Shown piece by piece: positions 6,934 to 14,391 of a DNA stretch of 64,000 bases. Every line of letters begins with the position of its first letter. Within the stretch, counting starts at the first letter, position 1. The stretch is from positions 1 to 64,000 of the IMG/VR virus record IMGVR_UViG_3300035156_000206, one strand, 5' to 3'. The translations under genes and the position numbers were made by a program. A model generated the notes under the pieces. That model was not told the origin of the DNA and did not search any database. It was given only the letters and a program-made list of their open reading frames with translations.

Positions 6934-7620
6934 TCAACTCTTTTTTGTAAGATTGTGGTAATAGGTAGACGCACCAGCTTCTGTCAATCCTGCATCACGA
7001 ACTAGCTTCTTGATGACTGTCTTGCGGCTGCGGTCTTTGTTGCGCTTGATGATCCAGATGGCTTTGTCCTTCTTGGTACCAAATGCAATCTTCTCAGGCA
7101 TAGAGGTAGGAACATGGACTGGCTCCGAAGGAACGAGTCTGGTTTTGCAAGCAACACATTGGTACTTGTCCAACATGATCTTGCGGCGCATGATGCTGGC
7201 GTAGACGTGACTATCGTCGTTGCAAGCACAAAGGAACTTGTAGGTGGTGAACTGACGTTTGCTGATGTTCGTATCCAACCCATGACACCGATCAGGCTTC
7301 AGCCCCATCAGGATCATAATTGCCTTCCATTCCTTACCATGCGCTTGGGTATCATGTCCGTGAATGTGCTCTGTGATGACGTGAGCAACCTCATGAGGTA
7401 CAATTTGGTATAGGAACGCAGAAGGGTACGCACTCAGCAATATGGGATCGAAATTGACATGGTAGTGGATACCACGAGCCCAGCCAGCAGTCGTGTAGCT
7501 ACGCTGGTAGGTGATGATAAGAGGAGGAAGGTTTAAATCAGGATACACTGCCTCCACGCGTGCGATTGAGTCGAGGACGACAGCACGAACTTGGTTGTGG
7601 AGGTCAGGAGGGATGTTCAT
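6934..7620 (-). CDS. SprT-like zinc metalloprotease with Cys cluster and C-terminal repeat-family domain
   Basis: HEVAH (HExxH), HGKEWK, CxC...CxxC; C-terminal GLTEAGASTYYHN. Confidence 0.85.
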   Translation of the reverse strand: MNIPPDLHNQVRAVVLDSIARVEAVYPDLNLPPLIITYQRSYTTAGWARGIHYHVNFDPILLSAYPSAFLYQIVPHEVAHVITEHIHGHDTQAHGKEWKAIMILMGLKPDRCHGLDTNISKRQFTTYKFLCACNDDSHVYASIMRRKIMLDKYQCVACKTRLVPSEPVHVPTSMPEKIAFGTKKDKAIWIIKRNKDRSRKTVIKKLVRDAGLTEAGASTYYHNLTKKS

Positions 7621-7644
7621 GTCCCTATTTATGGGCAACTAATG

Positions 7645-7751
7645 CCATATGGGGTGAGTTGTGGGCCCGTAATTCGCGCTTCATCGCTAGCGCCGCCAAA
7701 GGCGGCAAAGCTTGGTTCGCACTTTTCTGTTTGCACAACCCACCCCATATG
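7645..7751 (-). ncRNA. Candidate ~106-nt structured RNA
   Basis: about 18-bp closing stem CATATGGGGTG-GGTTGTG/CACAACT-CACCCCATATG plus inner hairpins. Confidence 0.65.
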
Positions 7752-7758
7752 ACACTAT

Positions 7759-7898
7759 GTAGATGACTAAAGGGTGGCCACCGAAGGCGCCTGCGAGAAG
7801 GGAAGCCTGACGAAAGGAGGAGGTCTCAGCCCGCCTTGGGGGGAAGGTGGATCTCTACTTTACGCAAGCGGCCTCGGCGCCACTCTTTAATCGACTAC
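7759..7898 (-). ncRNA. 140-nt sRNA with C-rich loops, antisense to early leader/SD
   Basis: promoter 7905-7933 predicts +1 near 7898; ends pair; hairpin contains ACCUCCUCCUUUCGUCAG. Confidence 0.75.
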
Positions 7899-7904
7899 AA
7901 GATC

Positions 7905-7933
7905 ATTTTATCACATACATCGTCAAAAGTCAA
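7905..7933 (-). promoter_or_regulatory. sigma70-type promoter of the 140-nt sRNA
   Basis: TTGACT-17-TAAAAT. Confidence 0.8.
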
Positions 7934-7949
7934 CGATTAATTCTGGGAT

Positions 7950-8213
7950 GAAGATTCAACTAGAGCTACTGCTGATGCAGGACTTAGGTAGCTACTCCCA
8001 GTCGTACACCAGCCTTCGAGTCCATCTCCGCTGACTCGCGCTCGATCCGGCATCCCCTGTCAGGGCCCTTCAACTGATTGGCTGCATGAGTGGTCTCAGT
8101 GTTCACGAACTGGTGCTCTATGCGCGGCACTCAACGAGCCGCAGAACGCGCGTTCATTAGTACTAAGCCCTACAGGCTGACAGGCCTGTTCACTCACTTC
8201 TAGTTGAACCTTC
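7950..8213 (-). ncRNA. Candidate 264-nt multi-helix RNA
   Basis: 15-bp closing helix GAAGGTTCAACTAGA/TCTAGTTGAATCTTC; CCTGTCAG/CTGACAGG; several hairpins; no credible ORF. Confidence 0.7.
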
Positions 8214-8322
8214 TTTATGAGCATGTCTCTATATAATGGCATGCGCATAAAGAAGATCCCTCTTCTTCCTAGTTTCCGTTCTAGGTTATGGGGCACTCCC
8301 CATTCGGTAACTGCAAGTTATT

Positions 8323-8475
8323 TGGTACCGGGGGCAGGCCTCGAACCTGCAAAAAAGCAAACTCAACACGGCCGTGCCTTGTTCGCCCTTACAACCCATG
8401 GCCTCCCCACTCACCTAGTCTAGCTTCACTGAGCAGGTACTAACACAGGGCGTCTACCACTTTCGCCACCCCAGC
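8323..8475 (-). ncRNA. tRNA-Leu-like RNA with about 60 extra nt in the anticodon/variable region
   Basis: GCTGGGG/CCCCGGT acceptor, Leu-type D-arm GGCGAAAGTGGTAGACGC, GCAGG-TTCGAGG-CCTGC T-arm, ACCA; 153 nt. Confidence 0.75.
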
Positions 8476-8483
8476 ATAACTCT

Positions 8484-8645
8484 TTAGTCGACGAGGTCAC
8501 CCGCGTCAACAAAACTTTCACCCCAACGAACCATCAGGCCAAGCAGGAAGCCAACAACGGCACCGATAACAGGCTCTGCCCAGACATAATGTCCAACGAC
8601 GGCACCGAGAGCAGTACTCAACACCAACAGCAAAAATGTCAACAT
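8484..8645 (-). CDS. Small membrane protein, 53 aa
   Basis: hand-translated MLTFLLLVLSTALGAVVGHYVWAEPVIGAVVGFLLGLMVRWGE...; AAGGAG RBS. Confidence 0.65.
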   Translation of the reverse strand: MLTFLLLVLSTALGAVVGHYVWAEPVIGAVVGFLLGLMVRWGESFVDAGDLVD

Positions 8646-8661
8646 GCACTACTCCTTAAAA

Positions 8662-9059
8662 TGGGTCCCCCTTTCGATGACAGGGACTAGTGAACCTTTC
8701 GGCTCAGTAGCGGGGGATTATTTCAACCCTGCAAAGTTAGTTAGGCGTAAGCCGCTACTTTGAATTGTGAGTCGTTTGCATTTACATGCTTGCATCTTTT
8801 CGCCTTACGGCCGAGGATCGCTTCTCGTGTTGTCAACCTACGGTTATCTCACCACGTCGAAACCAGGTCGCCCCCATCAGCTGCACTTTCAGGTCTATGT
8901 CTGGTGTACCAGTCCTGAGAATTGATGTTATCTCATCTTCGAAAGCGCAGTTGGTGGAGGCGGCGGGAATCGAACCCGCGTCCGCAATGCCTTCACTTTG
9001 GCATCTGGATAGGTCTTACCCTACCCCACAACAATGTATCCGTTGATTTCTCAACTGAT
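8662..9059 (-). ncRNA. ssrA: Circularly permuted (two-piece) tmRNA
   Basis: acceptor piece ending GGTTCGATTCCCGCCGCCTCCACCA at 8952 is transcribed before GGGGGCGACCTGGTTTCGAC at 8875; tag ANDSQFKVAAYA at 8741-8779; outer ends approximate. Confidence 0.9.
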
Positions 9060-9065
9060 GAAGCC

Positions 9066-9094
9066 ATTATATAGACTTCTTCAGTTGAAGTCAA
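9066..9094 (-). promoter_or_regulatory. sigma70-type promoter of the tmRNA/ncRNA operon
   Basis: TTGACT-17-TATAAT inside inverted repeat. Confidence 0.8.
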
Positions 9095-9103
9095 CAGTTA
9101 ATT

Positions 9104-9439
9104 TCACAAGAGCTGATCAGCCAGCTTGACCAACTCGGCACGGTCCAGTTCAAACTCCGGACGCAGACGCTCCTGTTTCGACGATTGTGCCTCAGGCCAG
9201 TATGCCAGCTCATGAGGAGTCTTCATGGTCGAATGGTGAATCCCAGCCAAGCGGTTCCACTTCAACTCGGTTGGATGGAAGACCGAGATGATCGCATGCG
9301 ACTGGAAGTCATACGAGTCGCTCTTGATCGAGATGGACAACTTGTGCCCCTTCATTTCGAAAACTTGATGCAGCGTCAATGACTGACGCGCTTTAAGAAT
9401 TTCGTCCTGAATCATTTTGATCTTGGATGCTTTTGCCAT
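9104..9439 (-). CDS. Hypothetical protein
   Basis: 111 aa; downstream of repeat promoter, AAGGAG. Confidence 0.8.
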   Translation of the reverse strand: MAKASKIKMIQDEILKARQSLTLHQVFEMKGHKLSISIKSDSYDFQSHAIISVFHPTELKWNRLAGIHHSTMKTPHELAYWPEAQSSKQERLRPEFELDRAELVKLADQLL

Positions 9440-9455
9440 TTTGTTCTCCTTGGGT

Positions 9456-9503
9456 TTCGTCAGTTGATATAGCTTATTATACTGACTTTTGGAAAAATGT
9501 CAA
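9456..9503 (-). promoter_or_regulatory. Conserved early promoter+leader repeat
   Basis: TTGACA-17-TATAAT...AACTGACGAAA. Confidence 0.9.
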
Positions 9504-9955
9504 CTGGCTTTCCAAGGGTTAGCTTTGGGAATCACTTCGCCATTCTTGACCTTGTAGAACTCGCTACCTTCCTGGCGGTACAGTGGACTGACCTTGGCGT
9601 CAGCTATTTCAGCATTCGCTAAATCGTCCCAGAGAGCTTCCAGGTGCTCGTAGTAGTTCTTCCGGTGATGCTTGCGGTACAGCCGGTTGACGTCTTCCAT
9701 CGTGAAGCCGTGCTTCCGCATGTACGGACCCAACTGGTCAATTGGGTCGCCACCGTCGCAGGCGTAGCCGAGGGCATTATCGGCAGCCTGATAGAGAGCC
9801 TGCAACTTCAGGTCATTGATGGCCTTGCGTTCAGCAGCGGTCTGCCTCTTAGGCGCATCATAGCTTTCGCGCCACGCTTCCACTCCCGATTGGTTCAGGT
9901 TGCGGAAGCGTTTGTAGGTGCCCGATTTATTTGGGACTTGAACGGATGAGCTCAT
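9500..9955 (-). CDS. Hypothetical protein
   Basis: start moved to MSSSVQ, ATGA overlap with upstream stop. Confidence 0.75.
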   Translation of the reverse strand: MSSSVQVPNKSGTYKRFRNLNQSGVEAWRESYDAPKRQTAAERKAINDLKLQALYQAADNALGYACDGGDPIDQLGPYMRKHGFTMEDVNRLYRKHHRKNYYEHLEALWDDLANAEIADAKVSPLYRQEGSEFYKVKNGEVIPKANPWKAS

Positions 9956-10146
9956 GGCGCAGTGTAGGTGAACAAGCACATTGCTTGTTGTTGAAGGACG
10001 GAACGACCACGGTCGCAATTGTTGATCTTGGTGACTGCCGCAATGGCAACCAAAGGATCGTCAAACGCGACGGTGATAGTATGGACAGCAACCTGACCAC
10101 CATTTGGGGTCATGGTAGTGGTCACCAGGATTTGGAATTGGCTCAT
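9952..10146 (-). CDS. Hypothetical protein
   Basis: 64 aa; ATGA overlaps on both sides. Confidence 0.65.
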   Translation of the reverse strand: MSQFQILVTTTMTPNGGQVAVHTITVAFDDPLVAIAAVTKINNCDRGRSVLQQQAMCLFTYTAP

Positions 10147-10715
10147 GCCCAGATCCCCTTGCGCAGGTTGTATTCGTACGTCGTCGCACCTGGCTTCGAC
10201 AACTGGAGTTCTTTCATGAACAGCTCGATGATCTGGTGCTTGTCAGGCATGTTCGCAATGTTCTGCTTGTACAGTGCGATACAGCGGTCTTTCTTCGACA
10301 TGCCACTCGAACGAGCGATGCGTGGCTTCTTGGCTGTGGTACCGAGTTCTTCAGCCGCAATGACTGCTTCAGCGTGCTTCTCGGCAATCACGTCAGGATT
10401 GACCCATGGGTTCTTTGCGAGGAACTCACCAGCCTTCTTCTGCGCCAGAGCAATGGCTTGGTCAATCTCCATGTACTCTTTCATGTTGTAGAAGCGGACC
10501 GATTCCTGGATCAGGTAGCCAAACACCAATTCGGCAACCTTAACATCCTTCGTTTCCACATCCTGCTCCGTGAGCTCCTTGATGTAGGCATCGAAGTTGC
10601 ACTTCAGACCTGCAGCACGCTCAATCAGGTTGTCGCGGACGAAGTACTGTGCCGAAACAAAACTGTCAGTTGGAATGCCCATCGCTTTGATACGTTCAAT
10701 GATTACTGGTACCAT
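10143..10715 (-). CDS. Protein with C-terminal repeat-family domain
   Basis: start moved to MVPVII after AAGGAG; LSKPGATTYEYN motif; promoter at 10753-10780. Confidence 0.8.
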   Translation of the reverse strand: MVPVIIERIKAMGIPTDSFVSAQYFVRDNLIERAAGLKCNFDAYIKELTEQDVETKDVKVAELVFGYLIQESVRFYNMKEYMEIDQAIALAQKKAGEFLAKNPWVNPDVIAEKHAEAVIAAEELGTTAKKPRIARSSGMSKKDRCIALYKQNIANMPDKHQIIELFMKELQLSKPGATTYEYNLRKGIWA

Positions 10716-10821
10716 GATGACTTCTCCTTCGTCGTTGGATTCAATATAGACAATTATACTCACTTTTGGAAAAATGTCAACAGTTGCTTTCCAAATAAAT
10801 AAAGCATCATAGGAGCACACA

Positions 10822-11073
10822 ATGGCAATAGAACCATCCGGCATCATATATTTGTTGAAGAAGATCGAGGTAGCGGCAGATATCGAAACGACACTGGCAG
10901 AGATTTATATCAACCTGCCAACATGCATCAATCGCGCAATTGGAACCCTCCAGTGTACTCAATTAGAAAACGAGTACCGAGGGGTCATGCAGAAACTGAA
11001 GGTCGACTTTGAGTTCGACCTTCATCAAGCTTTCAAAGACCAGGTTGGAAAGATCCTGGCCCGTCCACGTTAA
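10822..11073 (+). CDS. Hypothetical protein, probably late
   Basis: 83 aa; AGGAG RBS; TAAATA at 10796-10801. Confidence 0.65.
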   Translation: MAIEPSGIIYLLKKIEVAADIETTLAEIYINLPTCINRAIGTLQCTQLENEYRGVMQKLKVDFEFDLHQAFKDQVGKILARPR

Positions 11074-11606
11074 TGGACTGTGGTGTTCGGCGGCACTGAA
11101 GCTTCTGGCTCACCATTCTCGGCCCGCTCCTGAGCCGCCCGTCCGGCCATCATCAATGATACGATGGCTGCGACGAGTGGATGCTGCTCGCGCTCCTCTT
11201 CATCATCGTCACCATGAACCATTTGGCAACCAGGGCACCAGCCTTCAGGCTTGTCTTCATCGCCGGCCTTGGTTTTGATCTCGGCCTTCTTGCGAGCCAC
11301 GAATTCGTCAACAGCACCCTTCGTGATGATCTTGTGCTCTTCCAGGATCACGAGCATCTCGCCCATGACTTCGGACACGCCAGCAATCAAGCCAAGTGGC
11401 ATCGCAATTTGTGCGTGCCCGATTTGGTTCATGGTAAGGCCAGGTGGCGCCTGTTCCAGGATGTGTTCCATCGCATCAGCAAACTTCTCATGCAACGCAG
11501 CGGCCCCGGCCGCAACATGCAAGATGCGTTCTTCTTTTGACATACCAGCGAGGAACTCCTCGTGGTCCTTTTTCTGCTCAGCTTGCTTCTCTTTGGTCGT
11601 TGCCAT
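11070..11606 (-). CDS. Hypothetical protein
   Basis: 178 aa; GACGAAAGGG leader; promoter near 11637-11664. Confidence 0.8.
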   Translation of the reverse strand: MATTKEKQAEQKKDHEEFLAGMSKEERILHVAAGAAALHEKFADAMEHILEQAPPGLTMNQIGHAQIAMPLGLIAGVSEVMGEMLVILEEHKIITKGAVDEFVARKKAEIKTKAGDEDKPEGWCPGCQMVHGDDDEEEREQHPLVAAIVSLMMAGRAAQERAENGEPEASVPPNTTVH

Positions 11607-11737
11607 TTTATTCCCTTTCGTCTAAGTGATGTGTTCATTATAGACAGAATTTGTGTAAAGTCAACAGTAATATTGAGATAGCATTATTAAGCAAAAGCTA
11701 TTATAATGAGGGAACTATACAACTTCGGGAGTTTCCC

Positions 11738-11992
11738 ATGTCGCATGCTCTAGTGACCCTCATTGATGAGGTTTTGAAAGACGCTGAGGTTCATGATGTT
11801 GAGGTGTCAATCCAAGTCGACACCGGATCGAAGACGATGGGTGCATCTTATAAGGACGATGTTGGGATGTGCCGCTACTACGTCAATGATATCGATGCCC
11901 TGTGGTATGAGATCCAGAAGGAACTGGAAGGCGAACAAACCTCAATGATCGACGCTTTTTGGTCAATCTTGAATACCGTATATAAGATTTAA
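11738..11992 (+). CDS. Hypothetical protein
   Basis: start moved to MSHALV after GGGAG. Confidence 0.7.
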   Translation: MSHALVTLIDEVLKDAEVHDVEVSIQVDTGSKTMGASYKDDVGMCRYYVNDIDALWYEIQKELEGEQTSMIDAFWSILNTVYKI

Positions 11993-12130
11993 ATGAAAAA
12001 CCATTGAGAAATCTCAAGGGCCTTAGCAGATTACCGTTGATTTCTGATATTTCCACCGTATGATTAAGTTATCAACTCTACCGCACTCAATAGTGGGAGC
12101 GGGGAAGTTACTAACCCAAGGAGAATCAAG

Positions 12131-12463
12131 ATGGCAACCTCGAATCGTAATCACGGCTCTAAAGCACCATTGGTCCCTGAGCCACAGCACACCGGCCGCA
12201 ACGCGGAATCGTTCTCGACGCAGCAAGGCAGCAACAAAGCAGCCATTGCCCGCAAAATCTTTAACGAGATCGGTACCGACCAGCCACGCAAGGCCGTCAT
12301 CGAGCGCTTCCAGTCCGAAGCACACCTGACCCCTGCAGGCGCGGCAACCTACTACCAGAACATGAAAAAAGAAGCCGGCCTCGTCGCAGTTGGCGGCCCA
12401 GGCAACACACGCGCGCAAAACAATGCGCCGGCTGAAGGCGGCGCAGCAACGGCCAAGAAATAA
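12131..12463 (+). CDS. Small basic protein, repeat-family domain
   Basis: 110 aa; LTPAGAATYYQN motif; AAGGAG RBS; terminator follows. Confidence 0.8.
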   Translation: MATSNRNHGSKAPLVPEPQHTGRNAESFSTQQGSNKAAIARKIFNEIGTDQPRKAVIERFQSEAHLTPAGAATYYQNMKKEAGLVAVGGPGNTRAQNNAPAEGGAATAKK

Positions 12464-12509
12464 TTCACTTACCGGTGATTATCTGGCCCCCTTTATGGTG
12501 GCCATGTTT

Positions 12510-12536
12510 GGGGAGACTTCGGTCTCCCCCTTTTTT
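12510..12536 (+). terminator. Rho-independent terminator
   Basis: GGGGAGAC-TTCG-GTCTCCCC then T6. Confidence 0.9.
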
Positions 12537-12545
12537 ATCCCTACT

Positions 12546-12593
12546 GTTGACTTTCTTCCAAATGTCAGTATAATGAAATCATCGACTGACGAA
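12546..12593 (+). promoter_or_regulatory. Conserved early promoter+leader repeat, plus-strand copy
   Basis: TTGACT-17-TATAAT GAAATCATCGACTGACGAAAGGGAG. Confidence 0.9.
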
Positions 12594-12606
12594 AGGGAGA
12601 TACAAA

Positions 12607-12972
12607 ATGAAATTTAGTGACCTCACAAGCGATGTTGCACGGGTAGATTATCTGAAGGCTCAGCTGACCCAGGATGACCGGTTGATCATGCGTTGCCTAT
12701 TGGCAATCTACAATAACCAGACCTTGGATGAACAAAGCTCCAAGACTGTTAACAAGCACAATGGCATCGGCTTTAAGTCGATGGATGCGAAGATCCTCAC
12801 GGAGTATGTACAGACGGCAGAGCGTCGTCGTGTGACTGAGGCTCTGGAGAACAAGAATGTTGAATTCTGCTTGGAGCGTGTACTGTCCGAGAAGCAGGCA
12901 GCATTCCTGCGCCGTGCAATGCCAAAGTATGCCCGTCAACTTTTGAAGGTAATCAAGGAGAAACAAAAATGA
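12607..12972 (+). CDS. Conserved phage hypothetical protein
   Basis: 121 aa; LLAIYNNQT.DEQ...HNGIGF pattern. Confidence 0.8.
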   Translation: MKFSDLTSDVARVDYLKAQLTQDDRLIMRCLLAIYNNQTLDEQSSKTVNKHNGIGFKSMDAKILTEYVQTAERRRVTEALENKNVEFCLERVLSEKQAAFLRRAMPKYARQLLKVIKEKQK

Positions 12973-13250
12973 ACATCACTACCCAGGTAAGTCGTTTGGA
13001 TTCCAAATCTCGCAAAGTTGGTGGCGAGATGCAGCAAAGCACTGCCCACACCATCCAGGTTGATGGCAAAACCTTCCTTCATGGAGGACCTAAGGTAATT
13101 GTGACTGAGTACCCGAATGGGAAGACGACGATCACGGCCACCGAAGCATATGGTCGCATCTACTTGGTAGATGGGAAGGTACATCAATTTGCCTCCGTAC
13201 AAGCAGCAGCAGAAGCGCTGGTTGCAAAGGAGCTGAAACAAACTCCTTGA
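12969..13250 (+). CDS. Hypothetical protein
   Basis: 93 aa; ATGA overlap; AAGGAG. Confidence 0.75.
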   Translation: MNITTQVSRLDSKSRKVGGEMQQSTAHTIQVDGKTFLHGGPKVIVTEYPNGKTTITATEAYGRIYLVDGKVHQFASVQAAAEALVAKELKQTP

Positions 13251-13293
13251 TCTTCAGGACCTACCTCCTCTACAATGCTCCACTTAGTTCCAT

Positions 13294-13301
13294 TATAAAT
13301 A
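13294..13301 (+). promoter_or_regulatory. T4-like late promoter
   Basis: exact TATAAATA ahead of a gene-free hairpin-rich stretch. Confidence 0.6.
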
Positions 13302-13719
13302 TGGGACTACAGTGGATGTTTGTTTTTCGGGCATTATGTTTCCACTATAAAAACATAAAGAACGACGGGCCTTGGAGTAGAGCCCAATAACTACTAACCA
13401 GGTGGGGGATGTGCGAGCGACCCAATCCAACCGCTGTCGTAGCGGCGATTACAAACAGAAATGGGCAGACGGTTTATACATGATTTAGTTCATGCCGGCG
13501 TGACGGTCTCGACGATACAGAGACATGCTGATAAAACACCTTACGACCAAGATTGATCACTTCCAATCTTGAACTAGTTCTTTAGGACAGATTCCTTCTT
13601 CCAGGTTGAATTAATTTAAATTATTCCTTCCTGTTTTTGAAAAGCTCTGACCGGGTCCTAGGCTCATGTCCTGTACCCCTACGGGTTGACAAAAACCTAA
13701 GACTTCAGTATGATGCAAA

Positions 13720-14085
13720 TCAATCCTCCATGTCCTTCCATACCCCGAACTCCACTACCGAGATAGGTTGGCCGTACTCAGTCGCCGATTTGTGCCAGTG
13801 CTCGATCAGACTAACAGGCACATCAGGATATGCAGCCACTACCTGCTCAATAATCAAACTATCAAACAAGTCCTGACGCATCTGGGTCAGATACAGATTG
13901 GCCGTATCCAGAGCCAATGCCTCATCGTCAAATGCCTCACAGGTGTAACCCTTGGCCTGACCGAATGTGCTGGAGGACGACACACGATATGTGGTCCCAG
14001 CTGCACCCTCATACTTCGTGCAAGTAACATGCATCACGGTGTCACCAAACACGTGACTAAATTGCAACAGGGTTGTGGTTTTCAT
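13720..14085 (-). CDS. Hypothetical protein
   Basis: 121 aa; repeat promoter, AAGGAG. Confidence 0.8.
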   Translation of the reverse strand: MKTTTLLQFSHVFGDTVMHVTCTKYEGAAGTTYRVSSSSTFGQAKGYTCEAFDDEALALDTANLYLTQMRQDLFDSLIIEQVVAAYPDVPVSLIEHWHKSATEYGQPISVVEFGVWKDMED

Positions 14086-14095
14086 CTTTTACTCC

Positions 14096-14143
14096 TTCGT
14101 CAGTTGATGTAGTCATTATACTGACTTTTGGAAATTTGTCAAC
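14096..14143 (-). promoter_or_regulatory. Conserved early promoter+leader repeat
   Basis: TTGACA-17-TATAAT...AACTGACGAAGGAG. Confidence 0.9.
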
Positions 14144-14153
14144 GGGATGGGAA

Positions 14154-14336
14154 TTAGACGTTGTCCGCAGGACCAATGATCTGGAAGCCACCTTCAGATA
14201 CCTCAAACTCACATTCGCCATCTGTCAGGTCATCCGAGTAGCTAATGTAGTTGACCACGGAGTCCAACTCCTCATCCGTGCAACCATCCAACAACGCCTT
14301 CAGCTCACGCAGGGTCTTGAAAGTTCCTTCAGCCAT
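14154..14336 (-). CDS. Small acidic hypothetical protein
   Basis: 60 aa; repeat promoter, GGAG. Confidence 0.7.
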   Translation of the reverse strand: MAEGTFKTLRELKALLDGCTDEELDSVVNYISYSDDLTDGECEFEVSEGGFQIIGPADNV

Positions 14337-14347
14337 GATATTCTCCA

Positions 14348-14391
14348 GTAGTTGATGTAGTCATTATACTGACTTTTGGAAATTTGTCAAC
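14348..14391 (-). promoter_or_regulatory. Early promoter repeat (variant leader)
   Basis: TTGACA-17-TATAAT GACTACATCAAC. Confidence 0.85.

Noticed and set aside
7645-7751. Pairing between the 106-nt RNA and the three-copy cassette RNAs
   Set aside because: Only 7-nt matches, expected by chance.
7950-8213. RNase P RNA
   Set aside because: The conserved GAGGAAAGUCC and ACAGAA.CCGGCUUA regions are not present.
8215-8322. Theta/HDV-like ribozyme at tRNA 3' ends
   Set aside because: Only simple hairpins are seen; I could not build the nested double pseudoknot.
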